A stretch of DNA of 64,000 bases, taken from Octopus vulgaris. Lineage: Eukaryota. The position numbers and the translations under genes were made by a program. The stretch lies in the NCBI GenBank assembly GCA_951406725.2, contig OX597823.1, positions 54,312,001 to 54,376,000 of the forward strand. The letters are read 5' to 3'. Each line of letters opens with the position of its first letter. Position 1 is the first letter of the stretch. This document shows positions 25,346 through 38,491 of this stretch, piece after piece. The notes under the pieces were generated by a model. That model was not told the origin of the DNA. It did not search any database and saw only the letters and a list, made by a program, of their open reading frames with translations.

Positions 25346-26288
25346 TTAAGTGTTGTTTCCATATCAAGTCTTGACAGTAATGTAAAGACATTATTTCATG
25401 TATTTCATGGCAGACAGTTAATAGTTGACATTATTTTCACTAAATTATTAGTCTCATATTAAATAAAGACTCAATTTTTACTATTATATATCTTTCTTTA
25501 TCCTGTCTCTTTACTAATGGTGAGATAGGATCTGATTCTTTAGCTTCTTGTGTGAATTTCAATTTGATTTGTTCTCAATATTTCTCTTAAGTAATATGTT
25601 TCAAAGAGATAAGAAGAGAGAAAAGATAAAAAAAGAGAGCAGTTCTATTCCCAGCAAACTCTATAGTCTTTCTCTTTCTACAGATGTCTGTTCTAATCTA
25701 CTGAAGTATACAATAGTGTGTTCCATTGCAAAAAGGCAACCTCTCTCTTTTTTAGAGATTAATTATGTTATTCACTATGTTCTGTTTTTTTTTTTTATTT
25801 TCTTTCCATTTTTTTTTGGTAAAATGGTTTGACGTCATTTGAAGGAATTTGATTGCTATTTTTAGTAAGTTGATTAACTGCATATGGCTCCCTCTTGACT
25901 GGTTTCATTTATTATTGCTTTCATTAGCAAAATACTATATTGTTTCATGTTAATAAATGGTTCTTCAGTTCAGTACTCTTTTGTCTACAACAAGACCTTC
26001 ACCACATAGAAAATATCATTAGTTTAGTCAATTTTCCAGCATAAAACTTACTTTGAGACAATAATCATCATCATCAACACTTATAGAAAACTCTTCAAAT
26101 AAAAACAATCTAGAAATTTAGTTATTCATATCATGATTGACTGACAGTTTTTTTTCCTGAAAACTTTTCTGAATGTGGATTAGAAAAGCAAAGAGTTAAA
26201 CTTTTTGTTTCCATATTTTTGTTGAAATACTTTTATGTTAATTAATTTTGACAATAGTGATGAGTTTAGTAAAATAACTTTGTCATTA

Positions 26289-26517
26289 TTAATCCTTTCA
26301 TTACCAACCCAGCTGAAACTGGCTCTGGCTCTGAATACAAATGTCTTGTTTTCATAAGTTTTGAATTAAAATCTTCCACCAAACCTTAGTCACAATTTAT
26401 GTTCCTAACTCTAGCTTAATGATAACCAAATTATTTTACTAAATTTTTTTGTTATATTTAAAGTAATTGAAAGAAATACAGAGCATCTCAAAATAAATGC
26501 AGTAACGAAAGGGTTAA
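26289..26517. mobile_element. piggyBac-type MITE
   Basis: TTAATCCTTTCATTAC...GTAACGAAAGGGTTAA. A close copy in the opposite orientation lies at about 63225-63428. Relatives at about 27170-27812 (split), 29050-29230, 33585-33806, 47450-47900 and 54740-54960. Confidence 0.65.
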
Positions 26518-26739
26518 GCTGATGTCTGGAACATAAATTAAAATGTTTGTACCATAGAATCAGTTGGTACCATAGAATCAAGGGTAAGATGAAGCAGATT
26601 GGTATCACAAAGGTAAATTGACATGAGGAATAATACTGTAAATAGCAGTTGACTCTATTGTCTTAATCCTTTGGGAAGGTGGAAAACCTTATCAGAAGTT
26701 TCAAGGCTTCCATTAAAATTAAAAGAAAGATCCTTAATG

Positions 26740-27150
26740 AGTAGGTCCTGCCAGTGATGATTTATGGTTGTGAAATATGGCTCTCAACACTACGATCATG
26801 AATGCCCTTGTAGTAGCCCAACAGAAAATGGAACAAATCTTGCTTGGCATCACTCTGCGGAACAAGAAAACCAATTCCTGGATTTTACAGCACACAAGTG
26901 TCAATGATATCATAAGGAACCACCAGAGGAACAAATATAAATGAGCTGGCCACATTGTGCAATTGAAGGACTACAGATGGACAATTAAGGTGATCGAATG
27001 AACACCGAGGCATTGGACAAGATGAAGAGGCCACCTAAAGACAAGAAAGTATGATGATCTCACCCACTATCTGGCACTTACATAGCTATGACTGGCCAAA
27101 ATCAGACAGCAGTGCAAGGAACCCAAGGAGAGGTTCCTCCTCCAGGAGTG
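26740..27150 (+). mobile_element. RTE LINE C-terminal fragment
   Basis: PVMIYGCEIW...QQKMEQILLGITLRNKKTNSWI...AGHIVQLKDYRWT, with stops. Confidence 0.8.
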
Positions 27151-27332
27151 ATGAAGCCATGGAAGAGGAACCCTTATGATACCAACTCACTTGAGATCAA
27201 CCCTAGTTTTATGATATAAATTTCCTATTTTAAACAGATTTAAATTAAACCTTCCATCAAAACTTTGTGTTGATTTATGTTCCAAATCCAAGATTAATAA
27301 TATTTTTACTTCTTATTTCAATAAGAATTAAT

Positions 27333-27666
27333 GTTTACCACCACATCATTATGACTGTTCCATAGGACTCAACGTTACTATTGTTTTTAACTTCAGAAAG
27401 TACCTTCCCCAGCTAGTTATTGATGCAATCTGCACCTGATAGATATTGTGAGCAAGGGAGCAAACCCCTACCATCTCTCAGCAGATGACACAGTATGGTC
27501 TGGTGATCTTATCATCTGCTGGAAAATGGTAGGGGTTCACTCCCCTGCTTGCAATATATATCAGGTGCAGATTGCTTCAATGACCAGCTGGAGGAGGCTC
27601 CTCCTGATGTTAGAATGGTAGTAATGTCAAGTCTTATGGATCAGCCATATTACTGTGGTGATAACC
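27333..27666. mobile_element. Palindromic (foldback) MITE-like element
   Basis: Imperfect inverted arms of about 150 bp (e.g. GCAATCTGCACCTGATA / TATCAGGTGCAGATTGC; CCCCTACCAT / ATGGTAGGGG) with a spacer of about 20 nt. Confidence 0.7.
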
Positions 27667-28467
27667 ATTACTTCACAGTATAGTTATTACTTTCATCTCT
27701 TATAGAGATTTTCTAACTAGCTTCTTTGCTTATTTTATTAAATTTCTCATTACTTCCAAAAATAATTGAATCAAAGGCAGTGATGATGATGATGATGATG
27801 ATGAAAGGGTTAAAGTACAGATGATCAAATGTATTTTATAAACATAAAATTAATGCCGTATAGATATTGCAATAACTAAGCATTAGATAATATTGTGATA
27901 GTCAGTAGGGTCATAGATGACTACTTACACATTTAAAATAATGTTTATGAAAGAATTGAGAAACAGTGAGGGTTTTCAGTCTTATATAAATATTAACTCC
28001 AGAGAAATGAATTTCTTTAGATATTGTTTTCTGTATTTATAATACTTGTAGAAATAAAGATTCTATATAAAAAGATGTGGAGTAGGAAGTCAAACCAGCC
28101 AACATGAAATTTAGTTTCAATACTACATTAAGATGTATATTTTAATCAACAATTATTTCACACCCATTTTTTTTTTATTTTTTAATGATAACATGAAGAG
28201 GTGATTTGAAAATTTGAATAATTTATCATAAGAAATATTTCTTTGCTGGATTGCTTTTTGATCACTAACTATAGGGAAGAAGCACTACATATTCTCTGCT
28301 TGACAAACAAAGACACGAAGAGTCATGTAACAAGCACAATGACTGGAGTAAATACGTCAACATTTGACCATGTTATCAGCATTTGAACTCCATTACCTTA
28401 CAACTATTCAAGTCTATAATATGACTTAAAATGCCTTGTGTATTTTCCAGCATACAATTTTGGAAGT

Positions 28468-29023
28468 ATGCTGTGCGTGAGAAGACCCGGCAGGACAAGT
28501 GAGACCATAACCCGTGGCCTCAGTCCACTTATGCATACCTTTCCTTCTTGGGACACAAAACTCTACTTGTGAAGACCTGTTGAGGCAAGTGAAAATCAAA
28601 ATCAAAATCGATCAACATCAATGGAAATTGTAGCTGTGATACCAGTGCTGGTGACACATAAGAGAACCATCCAAACGTGGCTGTTGCCAGCGCCGCCCTG
28701 ACTGGCCTCTGTGCCAGTGACACGTAAAAAGCACCATCTGATTGTGGCCGTTGCGAGCCTCACCTGGCCTCCGTGCCAGTGGCACGTAAACAGCACCATC
28801 CGATCATGGCTGTTTGCCAGCGTTGTCTAGCACCTGTGCTGGTGGCATGTAAAAAGCACTCACTACACTCATGGAGTGGTTGGCGTTAGGAAGGGCATCC
28901 AGCCGTAGAAACATTACCAGATCAGACTGGGCCTGGTGCAGCCTCCTGGCTTCCCAGACTCCAGTTGAACTGTCCAACCCATGCCAGCATGGAAAGCGGA
29001 CGCTAAATGATGATGATGATGAT
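28468..29023 (+). mobile_element. RTE LINE 3' end/UTR (family D) with internal GGCACGTAAAAAGCACC repeats and (GAT)n tail
   Basis: ORF end AVREKTRQDK*, tandem subrepeats, GGAAGGGCATCCAGC, CCAACCCATGCCAGCATGG, (GAT)n. Other copies at 31448-31648, 35275-35485, 45626-45963, 51650-52057(-), 58255-58495, 60465-60730 and 35977-36043(-). Confidence 0.75.
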
Positions 29024-29559
29024 CATGTAAAACTGTTGCATAAACATTTAACTCTTTTCTTAATATATTTCTGTTGAAATGCATTGTTTTTTTTTTTCAA
29101 ATGATTTTAAAAATAATGAAGAATTTAGTAAACTAACTTTGTAATTATCAATTAACATGTACATCAATTTAAAATAGGAACTTGTTACATAGAGCTAGCA
29201 GTGGTCTCAGGTGGGTTGGTATCAAATGTTAGTCAAGGACAGCTGTTGCTGTTTTAAGGCCCTGATCAGTCCTGATGCAGCAGGCCTACAATTAAAGATG
29301 CTTAACTTCTCTTTTATGCAAAAAAGGCACCCAGGACTACATAATCCAATGTGTCCTTCGTTTTGACTTTTATGGCTGGAGGTGATCTGAGGAAGATTTA
29401 GTTGCTGTTTCTAGTAGTTGAGAAACCGTATAGAGTTCTTTGTTCTTGAGTTTTCTCATTAATTCAGACTCAATATAAAAACATTTTTGGGTTTAATTTT
29501 GACAATAACATAATATTAAGATTTTAGTTGCATGCATGCACATGTGCACACATGCGTGC

Positions 29560-29678
<119 letters not shown>

Positions 29679-30750
29679 TTTAGACAGCCAATGCAGTGTA
29701 TTTTGGAACTGGTTTTTAATTTTCAGTATTTCAACCAATTTCAGGAATTCATTTTTATACATTTTTTACAATGCTTCTAAAATATTTTACAAGTGTTGTA
29801 TGTATGTATGTATGTATGCATGCATGCATGCATGTATTATGTATGTATTTGAAAATGCAGTTTAATTATTTTGATATAAACAGGGTCTTTTCAAAAACTC
29901 CTATTCTGTTTAGTATTATGTTTAGTAAAGATGTAATTACAGAACGCACCACTCTGCCAATGCACTTAGTATCACTGGCCAAGGCTGATCTAAATCACTC
30001 CATCTCTAATGAGAAGACACTAGGACAACATCTGTGTAGCTGGCAGGTACCACATCTGTCTGGATACTTACTGTATGCAACAAACTATCTTTGTCTTTTT
30101 GATACAGTAGTCATTGTTTACAAATGTAACATGCATTCATCAGGCTTATGCAAGCCTTGGCTCTATGTGTTACAGTACATTAGTAAGGACTAGGAACCTC
30201 TGATCATATTCTCTCTGTTTCTGACAAGAAACAAAGCAATACAAATTTTGAGCAAAATTAAACATATAAGCAAGCAACTAGATGAATGGTTGGATTTTTA
30301 ACTCTGCATGCATTAAAAAAAATTTACTACCGGTACATGCCACCAAAATTCCACTAAAAATTGCTGTATCCAAACACTTAGACATTGGTATAAAACCATA
30401 CTACAGAAGAACACGTATCACCATTTAATTTTCAGTCAATTTAATTTTTTTGAGTTCTTTCCCTTGCTCTTCTTCACAATAATTGTTGTTTATGTTCATT
30501 TTTTTTTTCTTCTCATTTTGAGTTGAATTTCCATTGATTAAAGATTATTTTTGACTCACAACAGTATTTTAGCTGTGTGATAAAGAAGCTTGCTTTGCAA
30601 TCATGTGGTTTTAAGTTCAGTTCCATTGCACAGTAACTTCGGCCAGTTTCTTCTTCTGCAGCCTTGGGCTGACCAATGCCTTGTGGGTGAATTTGGTAGA
30701 CAGAAACATAAGGTGTAGACAACTACCATACACACACACACACAAATATA

Positions 30751-30822
<72 letters not shown>

Positions 30823-30932
30823 CAGTTGTGATGTGAAGGAGGAAAAGAAAGAAGCAGAGAGAGAAATATGCTAGTCTTACTTGTCCATCTGGAAGGGTCA
30901 CTCACAACATCTGCCACTGTACCGTCTATCTA

Positions 30933-31429
30933 TGTGGAAGGGGTCGCTCACAACGTCCACGTGCTCTGTCTGCTGCCGTACCATCGAACAGGTCTGCTCT
31001 CATACGTTGTCCACTTCCAACTGACTGCTCTGCCTCGCCAACCCCACATGCCTACCACAGCCTTTCTGGTGGGACCCACAGGCCCCACTTCCGACAAGAC
31101 ATGCATACTCCCTCACTTCTGATCCTTCCCTACAACACAGCCTGGCTCATAACACCAGATGCCATCCCTGATCTGAAGATCATTCAACTAACCTCCCCAC
31201 ACCCTCTCCTCAACCCTGACCACACACTTTAACTTGTCTTGTAATCAGCCAACCAGTGAGAAGGGCATCGCTCCCTCTGCAACTGCCGTGGGACTTCAGG
31301 ACTGGCCTCAGTCCCTGGCATGTTGCTGCCAGCTTCATCCTCTTGTCCATTACTATTAGCTCCATCCTCTGATGCATTGATGATCCTGCACACATCCAAA
31401 GCATGATGTGGCATGCCATCTACAGACAC
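30933..31429 (-). mobile_element. Ty3/Gypsy LTR retrotransposon 3' end: integrase C-terminus, PPT and 3' LTR
   Basis: SVDGMPHH...PRQLQRERCPSHWLADY* matches the RRSxRxRxxPxWLxDY motif. Polypurine tract GAGGAGAGGG (31211-31202) is immediately followed by LTR TGTGG...CCACA (31201-30933). Confidence 0.7.
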
Positions 31430-32761
31430 ACATGCCTACCACAGCCTTGTGCCGGTGGCACATAAAAGCACCCACAACACACTCGGAGTGGTTGGCGTTA
31501 GGAAGGGCATCCAGCTGTAGAAACTCTGCCAGATCAGATTGGAGCCTGGTGCAGCCATCTGGTTTGCCAGACCTCAGTCAAATCGTCCAACCCATGCTAG
31601 CATGAAAAGCGGATGTTAAACGATGACGACGACGATGATGATGATGATATGTGTATGTGTGTGTGTGTCTGTATGTATATATTATAGTCTAATTATGTGT
31701 AGAGCACTCCATTGGTTTTCAGTTAATGATATACAGTAATACCGTCAAATGCTTGCACCATTTGCACTTTAATATGAAAGCTTTTAACAGAATAACTCCA
31801 ACTTAACCCAAATAACAGTTTTCTTCTCTACTGCCACAAAGTGAATGCCTTTGCATGTTGTGTTCATTTATCACTGTACTGAACCAAGTTATGATAGACT
31901 AATCATGCTGAAATTATTTCATGACTTTTACCTGAAAAGCCTGTTTGGTGAGGACTTGATATTGCTCTACACCTTTATGAAGGCAAACATTGCCTTTTTG
32001 CTAAGTCATGCATAATATGTTCTAAATTGCTAATGCATACAACTTAGTCTGTTATTCCTGATTAATAAATACCTGTGGTTTTTCCTGAATGGAAGTACAC
32101 AGCTCCAAATAAATAGAGAGTCACTTTTATAAGCCAATATTTAAATGAATATCCATTAGATTTAATGGTAAGTATTCAGTTGTTTAATCAACTAAACGTC
32201 TTACTCATTGAATTAGCATGTAAATGACTGAGTATTCCACAGTCATGTGTCCCCTCAATAATCCTCAAATACAATTAAGGTGATACAGCATATGTCAAAG
32301 CCAATCAGATGGATTGATGGATTGTACCTACTGATACAATCCATCTGATTGGTTTCTGTGCAATTTTTGTCTACTTGGTTTCACTCTGAGAACCTAGGAT
32401 GAGCTTCTTTCAGATTCCATCTACCAAATCCAATAAAAAGGCTTTGGTTGGTGTGATGCTATAATAGAAGACTCTTGCCCAAGATGCCATGCTGTGGCTA
32501 ATAATAAAATTCATAACAACTTTATAAACTCTCCTTTTTTGGTCCAATTTTAACTTAAATAATTTAGAATATTTTCAGAGTGTTTATCCATAAATCGGAT
32601 CAACTTACAGAATTAAGCTGTTAAAAATTTATTCTTATTCAAACATATGACAACTGTAATCTTTGCCTGTGGTTGTTACATGTATGTATTGTTTTATCTG
32701 AATGAATGTGATTATAGTTGCATTTCTGTATGTGTGTGGTCTACATAAAAATGTATGCATA

Positions 32762-32819
<58 letters not shown>

Positions 32820-33355
32820 TATTACACACATATGCGTGTTTGCGTGTCTGCATGCACACTTGCTCACACATAGTGTCATTGTGGTTTTCCAGTATATGGC
32901 AGACGTGTGGTTTAATTCCCATAGGTGATTGTATCTACATCTGTCTTATAGCATCATTTAAATTTGAGTAGTTTCTTAAAATGACATCTTATCAAATTTC
33001 TCAGTGCTTCAAATGACAATGGATACAGTGTGGACTACGGATACTGCAGTATACTGTATGCTAAAGTAGCATCCAGTAATCTCAGTGTCAATTTCAAATG
33101 ATTGGCTTGAATATATTTAATAAAGAACAGAATAGTATGATATTACAAATAACACTTGGCTTTAACCCTTTCTAGTAGAATTTGATAAGGATGAACTTTA
33201 TATTGTTGAATTTTTTTTATATCAACTTGAAAGAATCAATGTGATAATTCCTTGAAACCTTACATTCAAAATACTTCTTAAAGTTGGTCGATATAATACG
33301 GTAATTTTGGCATGAAATCCTAAACAGTTTTGTATCATGCTTTTTTTGCTTTCAG

Positions 33356-33397
33356 GAATCTAATATTGATCCTAAATTTTCTGAAATTGAAACAGGG
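33356..33397 (+). CDS. 42-nt internal microexon (ESNIDPKFSEIETG)
   Basis: Polypyrimidine acceptor TGCTTTTTTTGCTTTCAG| and donor GGG|GTAAGT. 14 open codons, phase 0/0, in frame with exon 3953-4702. Confidence 0.75.
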
Positions 33398-34619
33398 GTA
33401 AGTAACTTGAGTGTAGTAGTGAAGTATATGTAGCATTAGTCAATATAGTCCTTGAACACAAGCTTTAATCTGTTACATGTTCAAATTCTATTGCTGCCTT
33501 TCACACGAGCTTTCTCCCTCTGTTTTGAACACTTCAGCACATTTAGTACACCTCAATTAGTCATATGATATAATTTTTAAAATCCTTTTGTTATCAAATT
33601 TCTGCTAAAATATATTGCCTTTGTTCCAATTAATTATGAAAATAACAAAGAATTGAATAAAATAATCTTGTCATTTTTATAAAGTGTTTGAAGCATAAAT
33701 CTAAATGGAATTTAAATGAAAAGTTTTAATTTGGATCACTTAAAAACAGTAAATCCATATGATGGAACCAAAGGCAATCTCAGATGGATTTGTATCAAAA
33801 GGGTTAGTTTGAGTAAAATAGGATTGTCTATGATTCACAACCTATTCAATGTAACAGCTTAATATTCTTCTACACTCTTGCTACAGAAGTTACATGTTTT
33901 AAGACCTAAATACAAGCCTCCATGATTATAAAAATAAGGGAGTGGCTGCAGTTACAACTAACAGTGAAAGTTTCACTAACTATCTCTATACCAGACGTCT
34001 GGGATAGAGAACTGATTACCACTACTCTGGACAACAACATTCATTCCTTATCAAACTTATAGAGAAAAAGGATTGGATGGATACAATGTCACTGATAGCA
34101 TTAAATCTGAGGAGGATATATCCAACAGTGCACATAGTCTATAATGCTCTCTATAATGTACAATACTTTAAACCTGTCTTTAAATTGCTAAACACTCCTT
34201 TGGCTTCTTCAGATGAATAAGACCACCAACTCTGCCAGGTGAACTGCAATATTGTGGGGGATTACTGCATTTACCTATCTCATAAAAATACCACTCACTT
34301 TCAGTTATTACAACAATCTGAGTTGTCAAAAGAATTGAATCTATGTCATGTTGTAACTAATTCTCTTTATATATAATGATATTTGTCAAATAGTTGGCAC
34401 TCGACTTTTATATAATGTTAATAGGTGCACATTACATAATCTATCACTAAAGGTATCTCATAACAAGTTCTAAATAAAGCAAGCCCCTGATATAGAGTAT
34501 TAGTAATGGTTTGAGATAAGAAATTTAAAAATTACCTTTTTTCATTTTTGGTGTAAAACAAAATATCAAAATGGCAAAATGGCTTTTAGTCCTTATATGA
34601 CGGTGTGTGTGTGTGTGTG

Positions 34620-34880
34620 AGATTAATGAGAGAGATGGAAGATACAGGAATGTTTATCAATTACTACAATTGTTTCGACCCATCTAGCATCAATTCCTCA
34701 CAGGTAGGATATTTAACAACTGGTTTAGGAGTATCCCTCGCTGTAGATGTGCCTCTTCAGGCGATAGCATGATGTATCTCATTAAGACTGTTCCACAAGA
34801 TATCTTCCCAGTTTGTGTATAGAAAAGCAGCAAATTAAGGGATACAGCTTCATTTTTATAGAAAATCAATAATAAATAGC
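34620..34880 (-). mobile_element. Penelope-like pLTR fragment with long-stem-II hammerhead
   Basis: The - strand reads CTGAAGA (34760-34754)-GGCACATCTA...TAGATGGGTC-GAAAC-AATT-GTA. A degenerate second copy lies at 53275-53540. Confidence 0.6.
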
Positions 34881-35194
34881 AGGTGGGTACTGTATAAGCA
34901 CTCAGCTATAGTCCAGGTTCAGACTAACCAGACTGAGTGGTAAGAAATACCTAGGATTACTTAGGGTGAGTAATCCCACTGTTATTCTTCCAATGGGTAA
35001 ATCCTGGTTTTACTTTACTGGATTATGAATATTTTAGGGAGTGTAAATCCAAAATAATTATAAAGAATACAGACTAGTACATCTTTATATTTTTCTTTTC
35101 CTTTTTATGTGTGTGCAAGTGTGTGTATACATACATACATACATACATACATACATACATACACACACACATGCATACACACACACACACACGC

Positions 35195-35229
<35 letters not shown>

Positions 35230-35506
35230 AGTGAGCATTAGATGATGATTTTATATGATTTTATATATATGATACTGGTGTCACACAAATGGCACCCAAA
35301 CTAGTGGCACATAAAAGCACCCATTACACTCTCAGAGTAGTTGGTGTTAGGAAGGGCATCCAGCTGTAGAAAACCATGCCAAATCAGACTGGAGTTTGGT
35401 GCAGCCTTCAATCTTACCAGCCCTGGTCAAACTGTCCAACCCATGCCAGTTTGAACAACGGATGTTAAATGATGATGATGATGATATATATATATATATA
35501 TATATA

Positions 35507-35898
35507 CAAATTGAGATAGGGGTTGCAAGTGCGACCCTCCATGGGATAACAAATATCCAATATACTGCTAGTGAAGTACCCAACAAAGTTAATACATAAA
35601 TGTTAAGAATTGCGATGCAATTAATTCATTTACTGTATTATATGGGCAAAGGTAAAATGTTTTACCACAAATTAATAATACAAGATAAGAAAATGGAGAA
35701 ACACATCTTAATCAATGATCAACTACCAGATAATACCCAATCACATAATTTATTAAACCACTACATATGAACATTAAGGTCAAACATAATAAAATAGAAC
35801 AAAACAATGTACATGAAAGAGTAATATGATACAATAAGTACAGTATGTATAAGTGAATATAAATAAATACAAATATAAATATAAACTACATCTTACAG
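35507..35898 (-). mobile_element. Truncated copy of the 8808-9697 element
   Basis: Collinear with 8808-9205; similarity stops at CATCTTACAG. Confidence 0.8.
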
Positions 35899-35944
35899 TC
35901 AAATCTCTGACTCTAAAAACCACCTTAAATGTTCATATCGCAAT

Positions 35945-35979
<35 letters not shown>

Positions 35980-37464
35980 TCATCATCATCATTTAGCGTC
36001 CGCTTTCCATGCTAGCATGGGTTGGACGGTTCAACTGGGGTCTGTGAATATATATATATATATATATGTGTATATATATATATATATATATGTATGTATG
36101 AGTAAATGTAAGGATAAGCAAGTTAGGCAAGTCGATATAGTGAGTTCGATTCCTACACCAGTCCTTGTGTTGTGCTCTTGAGCCAGACACTTTATTTCAC
36201 ATTACTCTAGTTCACTCATCTGTAGAAACAAGTTGCGACATCACTAGTGCCAAACTGTATCGGTCTTTGCCTTTCTCTTGCATAGCATCATTAGTATGGA
36301 GAGGGGAGGCTGGTAAACATGGGCAACTGCTGGCCTTCCATAAAACAACCTTTTCTGGACTTGTGCCTCGGAGGGGAACTTTCTAGGTGCAATCCCATGG
36401 TTATTCATGGCCGAAGGGGGTCTTTACCCTTTTATATATATATATATGTGTGTGTGTGTGATGACTTTTAGCTGAGCATCTGATGATAAGATGCATATGG
36501 AGTGGCTGTGTGGTAAGTAGCTTGTTTACCAACCACATGGTTCTGGGTTCAGTCCCACTGCATGGCACATTGGGCAAGTGTCTTCTACTATAGGCTCGGG
36601 CCAACCAAAGCCTTGTGAGTGGATTTGGTAGACGGAAACTGAAAGAAGCCCGTCATATATATGTATATATATTTATGCGTGTGTGTGTGTTTCTGTGTCT
36701 GTGTTTGTCCCCCTAGCATTGTTTGACAACCGATGCTGGTGTGTTTACGTTCCCGTTACTTAGCGGTTCGGCAAAAGAGACCGATAGAATAAGTAATGGG
36801 CTTACTAAATAATAAGTCCTGGGGTCAAGTTGCTCGATTAAAGGCGGTGCTCCAGCATGGCCGCAGTCAAATGACTGAAACAAGTAAAAGAGTAAAAAGA
36901 GTAAAGAGTATGTTTGTTTTGATAAGATTTTTGTTATTGTGATGTTTATGTTCTTGTTTATATGTTCTAGTTTGTTTGTTTATTCTTGTGTGTAGGCAAT
37001 GTACTTCACCAGATCAATGTTATCTCCCTTTGTTGTTCTTCTTGTTTGGTTTGGGACTGAGTTTAGTGATAATTGTTTCCATTGTCTCCTAATGTTATTG
37101 TTGAGTTTAGTTTTAGTTTTATATTTTATTGAATCTAATCAAGGTTTTGCTTTCCTATTTGCATTGGTTCATTAGAACTTGAGAAGCACACACAATTTAC
37201 CGGGTTAGGTGTTAACTAGTAATTACATTACAGTAAGTTTGTGACACACACACACACTCATACTTACTCGCATGTTTGTAAATACAAGCTTCGATACATA
37301 GGACATGGTGATGCACAGTGGAATTGATATACAAATTCTAGTTGACTGCAAGTTTTTTAATTCAACCAAGTAGTTGTGTGTATGTGTGTCTGGGAGAGAG
37401 GGAGTGAGACTATATATATATGTGTGTGTGTGCATTTGTGTGTGACCCTCTCTCTCTCTCTTGT

Positions 37465-37503
<39 letters not shown>

Positions 37504-37537
37504 TTCTATCTATCTATCAGTCTACCTACCTATCTAC

Positions 37538-37599
<62 letters not shown>

Positions 37600-37644
37600 C
37601 TTTCTTTCTCTCTCTCTCTCTCTCTCTCTCTGTATATCTCTCTG

Positions 37645-37680
<36 letters not shown>

Positions 37681-38491
37681 TGTGTGTGTGTGCAGAGATA
37701 GATAGATGTGTATGTATAAGCACACGCTCACACACACACACATACATGCATGCATAATAAAATGTTTTTGATTTGGATTAATTTTGTAATTGTTTTTTTT
37801 TTTCCTTTTTTGTTTTCTTCTTTGGTGGCCTCTCAGTTAAAGAGCTGGAAACTCAGTAAACCAAACTAAATAGCAAAATACAGTACTGAAGCTACTGATG
37901 TTATTACTATAATCTTAGCTAAGTTAAGTGGGAGAGTTGTCAAAACCATGTGACAAATTGATAATTGAGTCACCTACAGAAAGTTGAGAAAGTAGTAATT
38001 CACGTAGAAGATAGACAGATAGTGAAAGAAAGCAAGGTAGAGAGAGGGTGGGAGTAGAGTGAAAGACAGCAAAAGGAGAGGGGGAGAGAGAGTGACACAG
38101 AAAGGGGGAAAAGTGTATGTTATCAATAAGGGATCGTGCTTAACTTGCTCTGTTATGACAGTAATGTTATAGTATACTTTTGTCATTAATGATTCAAGTC
38201 ACAAGTAACTTATCGACCGAGACAGGTTTCATACACCTACTACAACATTCTTCCACAGGCTGATAAGTTTCTTTATGTTTAAGGCAGTTCAACTAACCTA
38301 GTATGTTTAATTATACTTCAGTTTATTTCTTTGACAAATAAACAACACTTCTTTAAGTTTGATTTCAGAAATTGTAAATCCATTGGGATAAAAAGCTAAG
38401 CTAAATATCAGCATACATGTAAAGACAAATACACGTACTTTCTGTAATAACGACAACAATAACATTGATAAACATAATAAGAACAATAAGA

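Noticed and set aside
25596-25740. Possible extra exon MFQRDKKREKIKKESS...
   Set aside because: No convincing GT donor in frame and the composition is ambiguous; needs RNA data.
28640-28870. CRISPR-like repeated GGCACGTAAAAAGCACC motifs with variable spacers
   Set aside because: Internal subrepeats of an RTE 3' UTR family found many times in the window; the spacers are related to each other; eukaryotic context with no cas genes.
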